Positions 12,751-25,880 of a stretch of 64,000 nt of DNA are shown here, in pieces (within the stretch, counting starts at the first letter, position 1; each line of letters opens with the position of its first letter). Under the pieces are notes generated by a model, which saw only the letters and a list, made by a program, of their open reading frames with translations, was not told the origin of the DNA and ran no database searches. A program made the position numbers and the translations under genes. This stretch comes from Guillardia theta CCMP2712 (taxonomy: Eukaryota; Protista; Cryptophyta), in assembly GCF_000315625.1 (NCBI RefSeq), contig NW_005434644.1, positions 54,775-118,774 of the forward strand. The letters are read 5' to 3'.

Positions 12751-13769
12751 CTGCTGCTGCTGCTGCTGCTCCCTGCTGCTCCCTGCTGCTCTCTACTGCT
12801 GCTGCGCCTCCTCCTCCTCTTGCTGTTGCTCTTGCTTCTTTTGGTCTGCTCCCCCTCTCCCTTGATAGGATCTGGCAGGGTGACTGGGAACGATCGGACG
12901 ACGCAAAGGCTGTGCATCGCAAGTTGTCGCCGAATTGCCCGATGGTAAGGAGAGGAATCAGAGAGAGGAAGGAGCAGAAAAGAATGGTGGAGAAGAGGGG
13001 AGAAGAGAGGAAGGGAGGAAGACGTTGAGGAGGAGAGAAGGGATCGGAGAGATCAGAGTGAGTGAGTCAGGAGGGGAGAGCAGGGAGAGGAGCGCGAATA
13101 GAGGGAAGGAGAATATGAAAGAGAGGATGGAGAGAAGGAGAGAGGAGGAGGAGGAGGAGGAGGAGGAGGAGGAGGATCAGGAGGGAGAACATTGACGAGT
13201 TCGCTCTGAAGGTCCTCGGGCTCCCATGCGGCAACGTGCAGAAAGTCAACAACGCCTGTGAGTCTTTTCAGATTCCCCGCTGCTCTCGCTGACCCTCAAC
13301 CTCTTCCTCCTCGTCTCCTTCCTCGTCCTCGTCCTCGTCCTCGTCCTCCCTGTCCTCCTCTCCTCCCTGTCCTCCCGGTCTCCCTTCTCGTGCAGCGACC
13401 AAGTTAGAGGACGATGCTCCTGCTCATATGCGACTCGAGAACGTTCTCGCGCGCAAGGCGACGCTGCTTCAAGCTGTAACGGTTAGCTAGGAGACCCTCT
13501 GCTCCCCTCCCCTCCCCTTCCCTTCCAGCTGCCTCTCACTTGCTGCAGGCGCTCGAGACTTCCTTGGAAGATGCTCGTCGGCAGATCGTCGATGCCATTC
13601 ATGTGAGTCGCTGGAAGCCTCGAGCCCCTACCCCATCCCTCCCCCAACTCTTCCCCAGCTATTCCCTTGCTGTCCCCCTGCCCCTCACTGCCTAACGCAG
13701 GCCCGCAAGAAGCTGCAGCAGGAGGCCGCAGTCCTCGCCTCGGGCATGAAGACCCGCAAGAACGATTAA
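12297..13769 (+). CDS. Single-BIR-domain protein with C-terminal helix (survivin/IAP-like, ~166 aa)
   Basis: Exons 12297-12365, 12421-12464, 12617-12683, 12879-12944, ~13212-13257 and three more. They splice with GT-AG to MAGGRMNEEVQRLKTFEHWPHTESSHPGVTPIILAADGFHFCPTPQDPDTVVCFFCDLQLGDWERSDDAKAVHRKLSPNCPMVLGLPCGNV...LENVLARKATLLQAVTALETSLEDARRQIVDAIHARKKLQQEAAVLASGMKTRKND*. Contains RLxTFxxWP, LAxxGF and CxxC-x16-H-x6-C. Confidence 0.9.
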
Positions 13770-14049
13770 CTGCAGCTGAGCAACTTGAAACGACTTTATT
13801 ACTTCAAGTGAGTAGCAGCTGAGCATGGCAGATAACCTCTTACTCTCTCTCGCGACCAATCTTCTCATCCTCAAAAAACAAAAACATCTAGACAACTCTC
13901 CTCCTCCCCCTCCTCCTTCTCCCCTCCCGTCCTCTTCCTACGGTACGGAGACGACCGAGGCTGCGCGTTTCCTCCTTCAACCTGTTCGCCTCTCCTTCTC
14001 CGAATCGAAAAATCCGCCAGAGAAAATCCAAGGGGGGACGAGGGCACGC

Positions 14050-14570
14050 TCAGAGAGTAGATCCTGAGGGGATGGGAGAGATGTGATCGAACGAACCCTT
14101 CATCTTCTTGTTGAACGCCTGCCAGTGCCGTCAGTCATTCCTTACTTTGCCATCCCTCATTCAAGTCACTCCACAAGTCAGGCAAGTCAGACATGACTCA
14201 GTTGGATCATGTTATCTTATGTTATGTTATGTCATGTCATGTTAGTCTGTCCGCCCGCCAGTCAATCATCAAGTCAAGTCATCAAGTCAATCATTCAGTC
14301 GTTCAATCAGCGAGTCACTCGGTCCGGGTCACGCAGGTCACCTTGTCGAGCATGTTGCGATGCAGGTGCGACGCCGACGCGGCTCCTCCTCGTCTATTGA
14401 CGCCCACTGAAGGCACATCATGACTTCACTTGTACCCCGCAGACGGCTGAGCGTACCTGACAAGGGACGTATGCTTGCTTGCTTCATCATCGGGCCCACG
14501 TTCATTCCTGGTGCTTGCCCACCGCTCGCGTCTCCATCTGCGTTCTCGCACGAAGGGTCGAGATGATTGA
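14050..14570 (-). CDS. Possible small hypothetical spliced protein
   Basis: Coding-like exon fragments (VGVNRRGGAASASHLHRNMLDK / AFNKKMKGSFDHISPIPSGSTL*) flank an intron; no recognisable domain. Confidence 0.3.
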
Positions 14571-14999
14571 GAGCATCGCCAACCTATTCGCATGTCACTT
14601 GAAGCGACACAGAGGAGAGAGAGGGGAGGGAGCGAGAGAGGGGGGAGGCAGAGGATGAGGGAGGAGGATGAGGGAGGAGGATGAGAAAGAAGGGAGAGCG
14701 GAGAACAAGGAGGATGAGAAAGAAAGTGACCACTGGAGGTGAGTCAGGAGTCGGACGCTTGCGGGGCGAACAAGGAACACTGCAGCCCTTGTTGCGTGCA
14801 GCAAACACAAAATACTAGGCAAAGAAATCAGCTTGCGAGTGCAACCGAGGACGATTCTTACTCTGTTCTTGGGATCTGATTCTAAAACTTGTGTCCTAGT
14901 GATGAGGAAATCCTATAAAAAGATTAGATCAACGATGACTACAAGGCATGTTTGTACCGTAAGGCGTTCCGAAGGTTGCATCGCCCCACAGTGTCCACG

Positions 15000-17748
15000 C
15001 AGCATGTGTTGAGTGATGCCAAGCGACTTAGTGGCTGGAGATGCGTCAGTGCGTGTCTCTGCATACGCCGAGGTCCTTACCGATGGCTTCTCTCAGCACC
15101 TTCACTGCACGAGTCTTCGCCTGAAGTTCAAAACTCAGCCAAGAACCTCGAATTGTGATTTCGGATGCACCTGCTTACGAAGGCGGTCGGCAACAGATGC
15201 ATCTGACAGATCCAACGCTGTAGGATCATACAAAACTGCCATGGGCAACTGCTTTGCCAATACAACAAAAGGGGCAGGAAGCTACAAAAATGTCAGGGGA
15301 AGAATAGTCGGACATCTACGATGGAACCTGGTCCATGTGTGAATTGATGTACTCCCCGACAGCCTTGAAGAAGCTTTAGGACAACAGGGAATAATCACAC
15401 GCGGAGGAAACCTTTGCATCCTCCGAGTTCACAACGAAAACTCTCATCTTCAAATCAATAGTGCATCCTTCCGAGACCTGTCAAGAAAGACAAGAAAGTC
15501 GTTGATTAGCAACAACTACAGTGTTCAACAACATATCGACCTCAACAGACGTGTTCTGCTCCTTGGGAACTTTCCTAACGATCTGAGCTAAGCGTTCTTG
15601 AACCTGAGATGCCGTCAATCAGTCGAGCTTTATCGACATGCCAGCTTCACCTTGGGAGGGGTATCACGGGCCATCTCGCCGTCCGCGATGGCCGTGACGA
15701 ATAAGTTTACAGGGAAATGGGCAGTGAGCCTTCCTTCCCACATGAGGTCCATCTCTTCCTGTGGCTGGGTTTAGGTCTCAGGTCCTCGCCGCAGCAACCC
15801 AGTGAGAATCGTCACCTGCATCGCGCCACCAGGTGTCGAGGGTGCGGAAGTGTCGGGAGACCTCGGAGTGTGGGGGTGATGGAGCGACGGCCACCTAGGG
15901 GATCTCTTATCAGGCTCAGAAAAGGTTCTGCTGTTGAAGAACATGTTTCCCGAGGACGATGGTGGGGTTGGGGTTGCTGAAGAACATCCTGTTTGATGGT
16001 CACATGCTGAACAAGCTGTATACAATGTCGATGGAGATGATCACCTGATGAGTATCCCCTTCCGTTTCCCTTGGGAGAGTGGAGGCTACACATGGTCAGC
16101 TGTATCTACCTCGCATCATGTGATCGCTTCCTCACCTGCCGTTGGCACTCTTCTCATCTTTCACACTCTTGTTCTTCGCAGGCAAGATAATGAATCGCTT
16201 CACTGGATGCCCAGGCACCTGTGAACCGACAGGTCACTTCCTCCATCTGTGCAGCAGACAAAGTTACCAGTGTAGCTCGTTGTTGAACCAAGGGTTCGAT
16301 AATCTTAGCCGGCGCCATGGGGCCACTTCATGGAGAACTCAGGACATAAGTATATATAGACATTCGTGAAACCTGTAGCCTCGAAGCATAGCCGTAGTAA
16401 GGGTGCACGCCTTATCTCCGATGGCCTCCCTAAGCACTTTGACCGCATGCGTCTTGATCTGCATCGACCAGGTCACACTGCTTTGCAAAGCAAATTCGAT
16501 CGGGCTTGCCTGCTTGCGAAGCCGGTCTGCAACACTTGCAAGCGAGGGATCCAAAGAACCTGTCAGGACGTCAATCAAAGCAGTGATAACGATCAAACAA
16601 CGCACTTGAATCATAGCTCACAGCCATCATGAGTTGTTTTGAAAGCACAACGAAGGGAGCAGGGATCTGTCAATTGTCATTTCTCAACCACATGACTGAC
16701 ATTTCAACTTTGAACCTGATTAGTGTGAGTACTGATGTAGTCCCATACTGCCTTTGCCTCCACACTGTTAGCAACAAAGACCTGTGTCGAAAAATCAGTT
16801 TTCCACATTTACGATAGGGAACTCTGCTTCAGGGAAGATGAAAGCATTGAAAAGAAGACAAGTATACGAATGAGCTGGTCAGCTTCCTTACCCTCATCTT
16901 CAAATCAACAGCCCCTTCATTGCAGACTTGGACGACTGTGTTCTGTTCTTTCGAAACCTTCTTGCGAACTTGCTCCAAAACAGCATTCACTTTGGGTGGG
17001 GAGTCACTCAAAATCTTTCCATCAGCAATTGCCGTCACGAACAGATGAACCTGGGGAAAGAATGAGATGCAGTTGATGTTGTCCAACAAAAGAAACATAC
17101 AGGAAACAGTGAGCTCTCTCCAGGTTCGGTCTTGGCCACTGCCATGGGCGGTGCAGAGTCGGCTTCCACAAGATAAGCTTCTGTTTTTCCATCAGGAATC
17201 GCCAGAGTAAGATTCAAGGAGTCTTTTCGATTCTCGATTTTCACTCGGTTGTATCCATTCATCCCAGTGTGAAACATCCCATCCTTGTTCTCATTCCTTG
17301 AAAGCTGGAATGGAATGCTCAGTTCTTTGTCGGGATCATCGTCAGCATCATCGAACAGAGCGTCGTCCACGTCATGCTCCATGTGACTAACGCACATCTC
17401 TCCATGCTTCTCTGCACCAGCAGCTCCCCGACCTTGCAGAGGTCCATTCAGCCCCTGAGACATTCCGAACGGCCAACCAGTGTTAGTATCCAGGTTGGGC
17501 TCCCCGTCTATTGCCACTTGACTGAACTGCAGACAGACCTTGGGTCGTGTCACAGGGCAGGAGATGTTGAGCACATCGCAGTCATCCCCATGATCTGAGT
17601 GTGTCGGAACATGACCTGACGAGCAAACACTGTCCCAGTTCCCCATTGCCTCCATGCTGTCCACTTCCGCACTAAGGCTCGCCCATTCTTGTTCACGAAG
17701 TGGATCCCATGGAGGGTTTGAGTGGTCATCAACGCAAGCATCGCTCAT
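15000..17748 (-). CDS. Hypothetical protein with two copies of an uncharacterised domain (or two tandem paralogous genes)
   Basis: Copy A (~17060-16400) and copy B (~15715-15070) align: VHLFVTAIADGKILSDSPPKV vs VNLFVTAIADGEMARDTPPKV; VRKKVSKEQNT vs IVRKVPKEQNT; VDLKMR vs IDLKMR; IPAPFVVLSKQL vs LPAPFVVLAKQL; ASVADRLRKQ in both; IKTHAVKVLREAIG vs AKTRAVKVLREAIG. Confidence 0.75.
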
Positions 17749-19699
17749 CTTGAAGCGATGCTTGCGGCGTCAGCAATCAATACCAGGCTTGGTGTTACAA
17801 TCTAGGTGAGCCGAGTCAGCAGAAATCAGGTTGTCTCCAAGAGAGGCAGTCTTGCAAAGGGACAAAATTCCACAAGAAACGAGGGGTCGCATACAGATTT
17901 GCATCTCAAAAATTGCATACAAGACAAGACGAAAAAAGAGCAGGGATTTTGAGCGTTACAAGGTAAAACTTACTGTATCTGAAGCTCGACAAAGTAGCAA
18001 TGTAAGCCAGTTCCTCACAAATTGATACTACGAAAGGAAATGGCTGCATAAACATCTTTAGAAAATGAGGTGCAAGTATTCATAATATAAAAATAATGTG
18101 TCAATGATATGATGAATTCCAACACAGATGGCTCTTGAACTCCGATTCAAATAGAATCCTCCCAACTTATTCTCTAAAACAAAACTTTCGACCAAAGGAG
18201 TCGAGTTTTGAACGTTTCACAATGAACCAAATACTTGTCAGACATGAATTCTTCAGGAAAACCGTCAAGCTATGAATTGAGATATCTCACAGCAAATCAT
18301 GGAATAGTAAAGATTTTTTTAAAGCAAAGTGCCCTCTCCTTCAATTTGAACAGCAAACACAGCTCGATCAATCTGAATCAGAATTACAAAATCAACCATT
18401 TTCACACGGCCTGAAACAAACATGCACCGAGCATACGGAGCGGTCGACAAATCTCAAAACAAACATGGAAGGAGATATCGTAATGTCTAAGTCTATATCG
18501 TCCTTCTCTCGCTTCTCTGCATTCCTCCTTCCCTCGTCCTCCTCCTTGTGTTCTCCCGTAGTAACAAGCCATTCTTTTTTTCCCTCACACCCACAGGTGC
18601 TAGGCCCCTATGCGCCACCTATTAATGCTAGGACCAGAGCTACGACCATGTCCCTTCCTACCACCTTGTGCTAGGGGCCCTAGATTCGGTGCTAGGGAGC
18701 ACCTAGGTCGCAAGTTCTATCGAATAGCCCTGTCTTATGAACCAGCGGGCCTAGCGCACTTCCTAGAACAAATGGGCTTATGGGGTCATAGGAAGTAACC
18801 CTCTGATAGGACCAAGGACTCTCCCTGCGTCAGTACCAGGAACTCTCAAAAAGTGATTTAAAATCTAAAACGATATAAAGGTTGAGATTCAGTTGAAGTC
18901 ATCTTGAAAAATTCAAAAGTGAGGCAAGCATTTCAGCCCCCTTTTCAAGGTCATTTGTCACATGCTTTACCGACTACCTATAGCTGTATATCCTTTACCA
19001 TTCTTATTCTTTTCACAAGTATACCCCCATCAGGACAACTCAAGTTTTGTACCCACCCCCACCCATAGTTCGCCCTTCAAATCTCGCAGCTCAATTGAGA
19101 CCCTTTACCATCCACCCCCCATCAGGACTACACTTCCAGCTGGCATACCCCACACTTCATCAAATGCTCATCCCGACCACCTCCGTCTTTTTAACTAATG
19201 CTCTACTTATATTATCCATCCTCTACTCCCTATGTTTCCGTCATGGACCAAACCCCCAGGTGATTGTACAAACTGACCACCTACCCGTACAGACGTCACT
19301 GCTTGACCACCGGTAGTATTAACTATATTTGTAAAGAAGTAAAGATAAATATACTGATCCGTACTTACTCCATCCGTACAGTTTATATATATAATCTATC
19401 TATTTGCTTTTAAAATCACATATATATGTATTTTGTTTTTGTATATGTCTCAGGGTCAAAACCGAATTGATTTTCTTGAGAAAACCAGGCAGTATAGCTT
19501 TCTGCGAACAGTACCATGGCTATACAATATTTAAAAGTAGATTTGTATTGATTTTCCTTGTCAATTATATAGTTTTACCGCTCTATCAGTACCTCAGTAC
19601 AACGGAAAGTATAACCGTGAGAATCTTTTCCAATCACTGAGTGCGACCGGGCCCGGGGCTCGCCGCCGGAGGCCGGATGCGGCCAATCGAGCGAGGAAC

Positions 19700-21592
19700 A
19701 TGCGGGTGTTGGAGCTCTTCAGCGGCATCGGAGGCATGCACGCAGCGATGATGGAGGCAGAGGTGAAGGCAGGAGAGGTAAGTCGAAGCACATGGTGTGA
19801 CTGTTGAAGAGTTGTGGTTGCGACAAACTTTGTCATGGCGTCTGTCTGTAGAGAAGAGATGGTAGTTAGTTGATTTTTGCTGGAACGATCTCACCCTCTG
19901 GAACCCCCCCCCTCCCCCCTCTCCCTATTCTTCAATGTACACACCAAAAAGCCACGTGTGCATGTGATGAACTGAAATTTCTTCCTCGTCTGACTCCATA
20001 ACCAGATCGTGGCGTACGACACTTCTTTGATTTGCAACAAGACTTACGAGCTAAACTTCATCCACTCCCCGGCACCACTCAACAGATGCGCTGTCAGAGC
20101 GAAACTTGTCGAACAGCTGGAAGTAGAAGACTTGGAAGGGTTCGACTTGTGGACTATGTCCCCCCCATGCCAACCATACTCGACAACAAAAGCTGCCAAC
20201 CAGCGTGACGACCTTGACCCGAGGAGTCAAGGGTTGCACGTGAGTTCTAACGATCACATGATTTGACATGGCTGAATGTTACATTCTCAAGCACATCATA
20301 AAGCTTCTGTTGGATGTAAAGAATCCACCAAAGTGGATCTTGCTTGAGAATGTAAAAGGATTTCATGGATCCAAAATGCAGAACAAGTTCCTGGGGGCAA
20401 TAGAACAACGTGGATTCTCGTGGCGACAATTCCTGTTGAATCCGATACAGGTCGGCATACCTAACAACCGTCTCAGGTATGACATGTTACTCCGTGCCAC
20501 GTGCGATGACTGGCATTACAAGGTTTTACCTGCTCTGTGAGAGGAGCGCAAGGTTTTCTGATCGTCAGGGCGATTTGTTCACGGACGTGCCTGAGACCTC
20601 TGACCAGTACGCGCCATCAGCTTTGAGGTCCTTCATGGTTGATAATTTCCTCTACAGGCGTGCAGAGGCAATGAATGGGGAAAGCTCAAAAGGTCGAGAA
20701 AAGTTTCTTTGTTGCTCAGATATTTTTTTTCAACAACTTGTTTGACGGTTTTCTAATGTAGAAGAGCGGAGTGTGCGGAGGCTGAGAGAATTCTTGGACG
20801 AGGAGCTCGGGCCGGTAGTCAGTGTCCTGAGATCCGAGGCCCGATGATGACATTCGACTGCCCAGGACGATCCTCAAGAGCTAGTCACTCCAGCCTCCAT
20901 CCTAGAAAAGCCGTAAGCTCCTCTACCTCCCGCAGCCAGGGTGCGAGGGCTGAGACTGAGCAGGTGGGCCCGGGGCCTCTCTTATGTTGGGCAGCATGAC
21001 ACGACGACTTTCTGCTTCACGGTATCCGACTGAGGGTTGACGCGATGGGAGTGACGCCCGTCCAGGGGTCCTATGGGAAGGTATACCACAAGTCATCGGG
21101 GTCGATGCTATACATGCATGCCGATCATGTACGTTAGTCGTCGGAGAGGTGGAGAAGAGAGAGAAGAGGGATACACGACTGTCTGCCCCTCTCTGCCTTC
21201 TATCTGCCTCTCCTCATGTTCGCTGGTCAGACTGTATGACGCTCTCTCGTCTCTCGGTTCAGGCGCTAGCGGAAGTTGCCCTCGACAAGGAAGACATGAC
21301 CCGCCATATTGGAAGAATCCGTTTATTTTCACCAAGGTGTTACGGGAAAAGTGAGCTTGTTCATAACAACTGAACAAGCTGCATCAGAGAGATTCTGAAT
21401 CTGATGGGCTTTCCAAAGGGCTTCAAGTTTCCAGAAGGTTTGCAACACGGGGAACACTGCCTGTTCCTTCTGACTTTGCTTCAAGGGCTGACACTGCGAC
21501 ACAAGTATAAACTCGTGGGCAACTCAATCAACGTGACGGTGGTTGCACTTCTCTTCAAGTTTTTGATCCCTCCGAGTAAAGACGAGCAGTGA
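19700..21592 (+). CDS. DNMT2: DNMT2-family (tRNA C38) cytosine-5 methyltransferase
   Basis: Motif I MRVLELFSGIGG; motif IV MSPPCQPY followed by QRDDLDPRS; motif VI ILLENVKGF; motif VIII NPIQVGIPNNRLRFY; TRD FCFTGSYG; motifs IX/X RLFSPREILNLMGFP and YKLVGNSINV. No N-terminal regulatory domain. Confidence 0.88.
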
Positions 21593-21601
21593 CTCCCTCC
21601 C

Positions 21602-22591
21602 TCACTTCTGCTCCTGTCTCTGCACAACAGCAGCATCGTAACTCAGCATATGACGGCCCCTGCGATGCGCTTGCTTGTTCTTCAAGTCCCCATGATCGTG
21701 TTCTTTCTGCCTGTGGATTGAGTGCGCGTTGGAAATCTTTTTGTTCAGATGGTTCAACGCCATCTGATGAGTTTGCGCATGTGCTGATACAGCAGGAATG
21801 AGCAAAAGTTGCAAGAAGCGGGATCACTTGTGACTTCAAGATGTTCAATCACCTGAAGAATGCTTGAGATTCTGACTGGCGTCAAGTGCCTTGCCTACCA
21901 ACGCATCTGAGATGTCACGAAGCAAGCAGCATGTGTCTCTCACCTAAGGGCCCCTCAAGGACTTGATAGGAGAAGAAAGTCACGAGCCCGATAGTAAGAG
22001 TCATGCACAGACAGCCTGTCAGCATTTTACTCCTGTGCTGCAGGTTCTGCCGGAAAGGGCTGACCGGCTAAGAAACGAGGGAGAAGCTGTTTCATGTCCA
22101 ACATGTCCACACCATCCCATCTACACACCATCGTCATCTCCCCGTATCATTCAGCAGGGCTCCCTACTTTCTTGGCTCCAGCCCCGTGAACGAAAGAGCC
22201 TGGCAAGCAACAAGGTTGGTCACGGCTCGTCTCATCGCACAGCACAGAGAGGGAGCACCTGTCCTGGTTTCAACCCGTTCTTGTTCTTCCTGGACCTCTT
22301 CTTCTTCACCTGCACTTCTTTCAGCAAGGATCCCAAGGGTTCACCCCACGACGAGCCCACCGCTTCGTCGTCCGTCACTGCCTCCATCTCCTCTGCCACC
22401 TCCTGCACGCTTGTCAGCAAGTGAAATGCGGCATGCAGGACAGCTACATCATGCTCGCCCATCGCGCCATAGTCTCTGGCCATATCCAAGTCTCGGGGAT
22501 CTACGACGTAAGAGAGTAAGTGAACACGTGTCTGACGAGAAGGGAGTAGAAGATGACTCTTCTCGATCGTTCTGCATGAAAGGCCTTGCAA
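21602..22591 (-). CDS. Hypothetical spliced protein
   Basis: Coding-like exons (LTSVQEVAEEMEAVTDDEAVGSSWGEPLGSLLKEVQVKKKRSRKNKNGLKP, with an NLS-like basic stretch) separated by short introns; no domain recognised. Confidence 0.4.
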
Positions 22592-23169
22592 TCAGGCGGC
22601 AACTTCTTTTCATTTTTCATCTACGTGCGCATCACGTTCATGTGCCTGTTGACCATCTATCTGGACACGAGCAATCTTCATTGCAATGTTGCTTGCTGGT
22701 GTGAATCCATCGCACTTGGTTTCCTGACACCACAACCTCTCCTACCACTATGATTTCCTTTTGCACCCCATGTTTGTCTAGGACGCATGAACAAGACTCA
22801 TCACAGTCGTTTCAACCCCCCCTCTCATCTTATGGCCAGCACGATCCTGCGATCTTGCGGTACTTCGCATGTGGCCCCGTCACATGAACCCATACTCTAC
22901 ACATCGGGATCTGGTTTGTCTCCGCTGTGATGGGTTATAATGGGCCAACCCTGCTACCTGGGACTGATCCTCCCCTCTCCCTTAGTATCTCTTTGACATT
23001 TTTCTTCCCTTTCTTCTGACTCCTCCACTTCTCACCCCTTACATATATCTATTCGCTCTATTTCGCTGAGTGTCGCTTCTCTACTCCTTCGGCCCTTTCA
23101 TTCCTTGGGTCTCTTCTCTCCAACTCCTCTCCTCCTCTCCAACTCATCTCATAACGTTCTCTCCTCCTG

Positions 23170-23231
<62 letters not shown>

Positions 23232-23867
23232 CCCTCGACTCCCTGCTGCGCTCGTCTCGTCATCATTTTGCTTCATCCCGGCTTCAATGCTGGTGGGGGG
23301 TACCAGGAATACGGGGTAGGGTATCTTTATTGGGTACAATCATAAAGATTTTGACTCTGAAAATAGGGGTAGGGGTAAACAATGCAGGGGTATCTATGAT
23401 AGGTCCCTGGGTAGTTCTGAAATCGCTGAGGTAGGGGTGGGTCGGCGCGCCAGGGGGCTACGGTATGTGGGCGATGGACGGAACGAGACATGGCGGGGGA
23501 GGAAAAGGAGGAAGGAGAGGGAGAGGAGGATGAAGTATGAGAGGAGAGGAGGATGGAAGAGGGAGATGAACAGAGTGAGAGGAGGAGAGAGTGGGAGTGA
23601 GTTGAAGAATGAAGGAGATGGGAGGGGATGAGGAGGATTTCAGAGAATAGAGGAGGGAGGGACATGGTGATCTGCAGAGAAGATGAAGCTGACCAGGAAA
23701 GATAAGATAGCAGAAGGAAAGATCAGTCTTGCAGGACGCAACTGTGAGATTTAGGAGAGGCAGAGGAGAAGAAAAAACGTAGGCGCTCCCTGCCTGTTGT
23801 CATACCCATCCTCTCCATCTCACCTGATGTGTTTGATTAGGTACAACAGTTCGAACAGTGCGTGGCC

Positions 23868-25880
23868 ATGGCGACTATGAACATGAATATGCACCATCCG
23901 TCCATGATGATGCAGCGAGGAGAGCAAACAAACAGGTGAGCAAGACCTTGCAGCAGTGCAGTTCCTGAGATCTACCAGGACCGTCTTCGTTGGGAACATC
24001 CCGTACACTGCCAGCGAAGATCAGCTCCAGGAAGTGTTTGAGACTGCTGGCCCTGTCCTCGCTTTCAGGTGCCATGGCATGGCTGCTCCTGACGTAACTA
24101 AGTTGGCTGATGCTTGCAGACTCGTCCTCCACCCTGAGACTGGAGCGCCGAAAGGGTTTGGATTCTGCGAGTTCAGAGATGTGGAATCGGCAGAGATTGC
24201 AGTTCGGAACCTCAACAACTATGAGATGAACGGTCGACCACTGCGTGTTGACTTTGCTTCATCGATCTCGGATCAGAAGTGAGCGTTCGCTGTGTTGCCA
24301 ACGATTATCTATATTCCCAGCCGGACCTGACCTTTTGTGTGTCAGTACTGCTGGCCCGAGTTTGGCTCAGCTTGCTGGAAAAGGTTTGAAACCTTCCTCA
24401 TGAAGTCTGCAATGGGATGTGTGTGACTGACTTTGCCGTACAAGATGCGTCGCAAGCTCAGCAACAGAAGATGGTCAGTGTAGAAATGCTCTGAAATATG
24501 TCTAGAGTCGATCAGCGGTAATCTGCAGTTTTCAGGGAGGGATGTTCCAAGGTGGGAAAAAGGATGCAGTTATGAATCAGATCAGCAACATGACTGCAAA
24601 TCAGATGTACGTGGGCTCAAGTTAACGACTAACTGGGACCTGATTGTCTGTTGCAAGGTATGACCTTATAGCCCAGCTGAGAAACATCGTGTCGCAGAAC
24701 CCTACTCAGGTCTGTCATCCCCTCTCTTGACTGTCCTAGATGTGATCGGGTTCTCTTCAGGCTAAAGAACTTTTGACTCAGAATGCGAAACTGTGCTGCG
24801 AGTTCCTCAGGATGCAGGTGAAGGCGCCTGTCCTCGTATCCTCTCCCTCTGATGTCTCATGTAGGAGAGACTTGATATGTTAGGAGGGATTCCTTTGTCC
24901 GCCCCTCCCATCCAGCCTCCTGCCCCGCCATCGCAGCCAGCCAACCCTCCAGTCCCGGTCCTCCTTGCTCGTAATGTGTCACTGAATGGTAACAGAGAGT
25001 TTGTTTGCAACAGACTCCGATGCCTGGAATGGTGCACAATGCAATGAGCGTAGATCCTCGGAGTGCTGGCCGACCAGGCATTCCCCAGCAGCAGCCGATG
25101 CCGCCTGCCCCCTATCCTGTATGCTGCCTGATCTTGAACGGCAGGGGTTGACACGCTTGTGCAGCCCCAGCACTTGAACCAGCCCATGGGCATGCAAGGG
25201 TATCCTCCCCGTCCCAACCAGGTTTGTCCCATCTGCAGTCACTTACTCCCTTTGACTTCAAGTCTTGGTAGCCACACCCTATGGGTTTGCCCGGCCCTGT
25301 GCCCGGGGGAAGGCCGGGCCCTGTCCCTGGTGGAATGCCGGGCCCTGTCCCTGGTGGGATGCCGGGCCCCATCCCTGGTGGGATGCCTGGTCCTTTGCCG
25401 GGCGGGATGCCACCATCGATGCCAAACCAGCACATGCAGAACATGCAGGCGGTGGAGCTCAATCGCTCCTGGTGCTTGTTTCTAACTTCCCTCCAGCAGA
25501 ACATGATGCAACCTCGGGCCCAACCGCCACCATCCGCTCAAGCTCGTCCAGACCTGAAGACGGCAAGACTTAGTCTTGATTGCTGTTTTCTCTCATGGTT
25601 CAGCTAGGTCCTTGCGAGCCTCTCAGAGGGGCAACTGCAGCAGCTGAAGCTGCTGGTACAGCTCCCTCCTCAGGTTCTGTTACCTTCCTTTGCACTTCTG
25701 CTGCCCTTACCCTTGATGGTGTAGAAATTGGATGAGTTGAAGATCTCGGATCAGCAGAAGGTAGAGCACAGCACTGCGTCCCCCATGGCTTGCTGAACCT
25801 CCTTGTAGGCACTCATCAACACGCTCCGAGTTCAGCTTGAGGAGGAAGCAAAGGGCTTGAAGAAGGCGGGAGGGAGATAA
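23868..25880 (+). CDS. CSTF2: Cleavage stimulation factor 64 kDa subunit (CstF-64/Rna15)
   Basis: [13 protein letters not shown]...[41 protein letters not shown]; hinge-like [34 protein letters not shown]; Pro/Gly-rich PGPVPGGM repeats; short C-terminal helix. Confidence 0.88.

Noticed and set aside
19700-21592. C5 methyltransferase as a restriction-modification or transposon-silencing DNA methylase
   Set aside because: PPCQ, DPRS and CFT motifs plus introns indicate the DNMT2 tRNA methyltransferase family; no cognate nuclease nearby.
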